64,000 bases of DNA, taken from positions 1 to 64,000 of the forward strand of contig DF237216.1 of assembly GCA_000708835.1 (NCBI GenBank), in the 5' to 3' direction. The translations under genes and the position numbers were made by a program. This document shows, piece after piece, positions 60,651 through 64,000 of the stretch. The notes below the pieces were generated by a model that made no database searches, was not told the DNA's origin, and saw nothing but the letters and a program-made list of their open reading frames with translations. The stretch's first letter is position 1; each line of letters begins with the position of its first letter. The DNA comes from Klebsormidium nitens (lineage: Eukaryota; Plantae; Klebsormidiophyceae).

Positions 60651-60724
60651 TGTAAGTATTGGTTCCTCATGTTGTTCTCATTTCCAATCTTGTCCCGGGG
60701 CTCCGGACGGCGTCACAAGGTGTC

Positions 60725-60880
60725 GCTGGTATTGAAATATACGAGCTTACTAAGCTATCCGATTAGTTAGTGTTCTCAGCGGGTGTGCTTAACTGCTGGC
60801 ACCCTTGGAGAGATACGAGCTTACTGTGCTATCCGAGTGGTTAGTATTCTCGCCGGGTTGGCTTGACTGCTTGCGCCCTG
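60725..60880. repeat. Two diverged ~75-bp tandem copies
   Basis: atacgagcttact..gctatccga..gttagt.ttctc..cgggt..gctt.actgct occurs twice. Confidence 0.7.
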
Positions 60881-62207
60881 TGAATTGTCCAGACTTTCTC
60901 GACAACATCGCTGCAAAGGCGGTTTGTTTTTCACCAAAGAAGAAGCGGCGAAAAATGGTATCGTGGAATAGGCACAATTCCTTGCTCATGTTTCTGCTGT
61001 GCGGTTCCAAAGCGTAGCACGTTTCCGGGAATGGACGCAACTCTGTTTATGCCACTGCCTACTGACAACCACCCGACCCATGTTGGTGAAAACGTGCTTC
61101 AACCAGGACTCGCTTGATGTGCTTTCGACATACTTTTGTATATGCTGACTTGTTCTGCGTCGCTTGTCACATTGCAGGATGGCCTAAATTGTCTGCGAAT
61201 GATCAGGTATGCTTGCATGTAGAATCAGACCGCGTTGATTCGGGTTGTACATCACATCTTGATAGGTCGCATTGCTCGCACTCTTGACGGAGACTTGGAA
61301 GCATCTATCATCCATTGACGGTTGCTTTGACGCCGCCTACGCAGATGAAGCTGTGGTTTCACTTCATATTCTTAGGCGCTAGCTGTTAAAGCATTGAACT
61401 GTATCCGGCCACGATTCAAGGTTGTCTTAACTCTTGGAAATCGACTCTCCAATTTAGTAATCTTCAAACTAGCTAGACATGCCACGACGGCTCAGCAGTG
61501 GTCCAAGTTATCGAACCTTGCCATGCCCAATGAAAGGGGCCAACTTGACTGCAGTTTCAATGGGTATAATCTGTAATCGACATTGGGTCATTGTCGCCAC
61601 GTATGTAACAGTGTCACACCAGGCCGCCGAGGTAGGATGCATATACTGTACAGATCGGTGCCAGCAGTCTTTTTACATTGTATGCTATGAAGTAGTAGAC
61701 CATGCTGGTCCCAAGACTCTGCTTACTGTGCTATCATAGTATCGCTAGAATAATGTGAAGCTAATGATGGGCTAGGGGCCTTATTGCTCAGAGATATACA
61801 TACATGCCAGGACACGCGTACCTAGCTACATCCGCGCATGCACAGTTGTAGTCGAGCATGACGATCATGCTCGCTTGCTCATGACGTACCTATATATCAC
61901 AGTAGGGCGGGGGCATAGTGAGAGCAAGCCGCATGCGACCGTTACTGATCGATGCGCTGCGGCCCGATCAGCCTGACCTTCAAGGCTTACTTCCCAATCT
62001 TTTAATGACCGCATGTCATAATTGACACCCTATATAGCGTTAGGTTCGGGTTGGACTTAGCATGGGTTTTCTGATTGATTGACTATCCGGCTGCTGACGG
62101 GCACTGAACTGCATGCCATGATGCGCTCACTGGCTCCCGCAACCCAAAATCATGCGACTGCAAGAAGTGTGCCGCCGGTTCAAACAGTAGTGATCTCGAT
62201 CATGAGC

Positions 62208-64000
62208 CTACTCTTGCTGGCCCACAATCACTACGTTTCTAGGCGATATCTCGGGATCGAAGAGGGGAAACATTCGCACCCCACCTTTCGACGCAGTTGA
62301 TCTCTGTCCCTTTCCTAAACTGCCAGTGTACAGCTTTCCTTGCTCTGGAAGTGACGCGCTCGTACCCTCCAAGCACTCGTTCATGTACATGAACCGGTCA
62401 AGTAAAATCAGTGACTCTAAGGGTCCCGCCATGGCCGTCCGAAGGGTCCAAAAGGGTCCGACGAGATCCTGCACGGAAAGAGCAGCCGTGTTGAAAAGCT
62501 TTACCGTGGATCTCAATGTTCGATCACTCCTTACCCTCGATAAAAAAAAGGATGGAGAGGTCGTCTGTGTACATTTGCTCTGCGGGTTTGGGTCAACTGC
62601 GCAAGGGAAATAGTTGCAGCCACCTTCCGCTCTGAGAACCGGCCACCTTTACAGGGTGAGAGAGAGAGAGGTACAGGACGACCATTGATGTTTATGGTCA
62701 CGCAGGGAAAAAAAATCAAGCTGATAAGTGAGGTCCCGTTTGAGAAACGGACAGCTCTCCAATGAGGCCGCACAACGTTCCTCATAAAGGGTGCATCAGA
62801 ATCCGAGATTTCCAATTGCTGGAGTTCAGAGAACGCTTTCTCGAGAATCTCCCAAAAGAAGCGTTTCACCATACTTGAAAATGAAGGATCGGTATAAATG
62901 TCAATTCACAGCAACAGATAGCCTCCGCACACGCATCCAACATGGAATTGAGGAGCGACGGGAAAGCTCACATGAGAAAACAAACGAGGAAACTCGATAC
63001 AGTCTTCGTTGACCTAGAGCGCGTCAAACGGCCTGAAGCACCTGTTCAAGTGCTCCGCCCAGAAGAGACGCGGTCAAGCGAACCCTCTTACCTTTGACGA
63101 ACGGAGAGACTCCCAGACGTCCCCGATCTCGTTCTCGCTCACTTCCGGCAGGCCCAGCCGCTGCAGGGAATCCCTCGCAAACTCCACAAAGCGCGCGCGC
63201 TCGCTAGCGCGCTCTGGGGACGACCTTTCGTCTTCATACACCCGGGAAGACGCTCGGAAGCTCGTTTCTAGGGGGCCTGCTTCCGCTGCTACAGGTGTCG
63301 CTTGGCCGGCTGAGTCGGTCCGCTTTGACGAGGGACCAAGAGAGGACGGGAGGGTGTGATCGGAAATCAAGTCGGTGTCAGACGGGCCAATTTTGACGAT
63401 TGAAGATGGCGAAGACCCCACATGACTGGACCTCTCTTCCTTCAACCTATCGTTTGCAAGTTCGGGACGGCACTCTGAGTGCACTCCCGGGCTCGCGTCT
63501 CTATTCTCAGCTCCACTCCCGCTCTTTCTAATATTTGCACCGTTTTGGCTCGCTTTTCGCTCCCCCGCGCATGCTACACTAGTCTCGTGTTTGCTTCCCT
63601 CAACCCCTTTGGCAACCCTAGCCGAGCTCGTTTCTTCGTTAACCGAACAACCGTTAATTGGGGGTTCGCTAGCCGGGGCTTCGCTGACCAGGGGTCCACT
63701 AACCGGGGTTTCGCTGACCGGGGTTGCGCTAAGCGGGGCTGCGCTAACCGGAGTTCCGCTAACCGGTCGCTTCTTCTGCTTCCCGAGCACCGGCTTCGTC
63801 GCCCAAACGGCCGGGAAGTGCCTCGCAAGGAGCGTCTGGAATGCTGCCCTCAGCGTGTGCTTCGTGATGACGTCAGCGAACCCCGCCTCGCTCTGCGCGC
63901 GCCACCTGTCAGCGCTCTGGCAGGCGAGCATCCGGCCGTTGATTCCCAGGCCCCCAAACCCCGTGGCTTTCACCGCCGCGCTGAGCGGAAACCCGTATCG
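62208..64000 (-). CDS. METTL25: METTL25/RRNAD1-like methyltransferase, last two exons (64000-63092 and 62468-62208); 5' part outside the window
   Basis: YGFPLS...GRMLACQSADRW...LRAAFQTLL, then F(W)TLRTAMAGPLESLILLDRFMYMNE and PLFDPEISPRNVVIVG, typical of the METTL25/RRNAD1 C-terminus. The phase-0 junction AAG|GTAAGA...GTGCAG|GAT is consistent. Confidence 0.85.
63665..63770 (-). repeat. 15-bp coding minisatellite (PVSxx pentapeptide repeats) in the METTL25 exon
   Basis: Translates RPVSGTPVSAAPLSATPVSETPVSGPLVSEAPASEPP. Confidence 0.8.

Noticed and set aside
61853-61873. Perfect 9-bp hairpin CGAGCATGA-CGA-TCATGCTCG
   Set aside because: No Helitron CTRR end or other context; an isolated short hairpin is expected occasionally by chance.

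Overview
Intron-rich eukaryotic genomic DNA with GT-AG introns and two N gaps. The gene content suggests a streptophyte green alga such as Klebsormidium; this is inference. Spliced genes reconstructed by hand, in order: an atypical R2R3-MYB (+, ~1.9-8.4 kb); a secreted Cys-rich root-cap/LEA-related protein (-, 6 exons); a partial secreted PAN/apple-like gene (-); a frameshifted NodH-like sulfotransferase, probably a pseudogene (-); a 17-exon class I cyclic-nucleotide phosphodiesterase (+); a membrane-type UDP-glucuronate decarboxylase, UXS (-); a multi-exon gene of unknown function (+); and the 3' part of a METTL25/RRNAD1-like methyltransferase (-). The most distinctive region is 25-36 kb. It holds five paralogous ~200-aa single-coding-exon genes with an F-box-like N-terminus and a divergent helical body. 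Four of them form two duplicated head-to-head pairs around GC-rich promoter-like islands, and one copy is pseudogenised. A 987-bp non-autonomous CACTA/CMC-type element (CACAG termini, GCA target duplication, empty site visible in the paralogue) carries a degenerate tRNA-like A-box/B-box module and sits in the 3' splice site of one of these genes. A 409-bp PIF/Harbinger MITE lies upstream of UXS. Four local tandem duplications copy splice sites or splice-site-like sequence, creating decoy acceptors or candidate micro-exons. No database searches were run; all identifications rest on motif recognition and splice-phase consistency.
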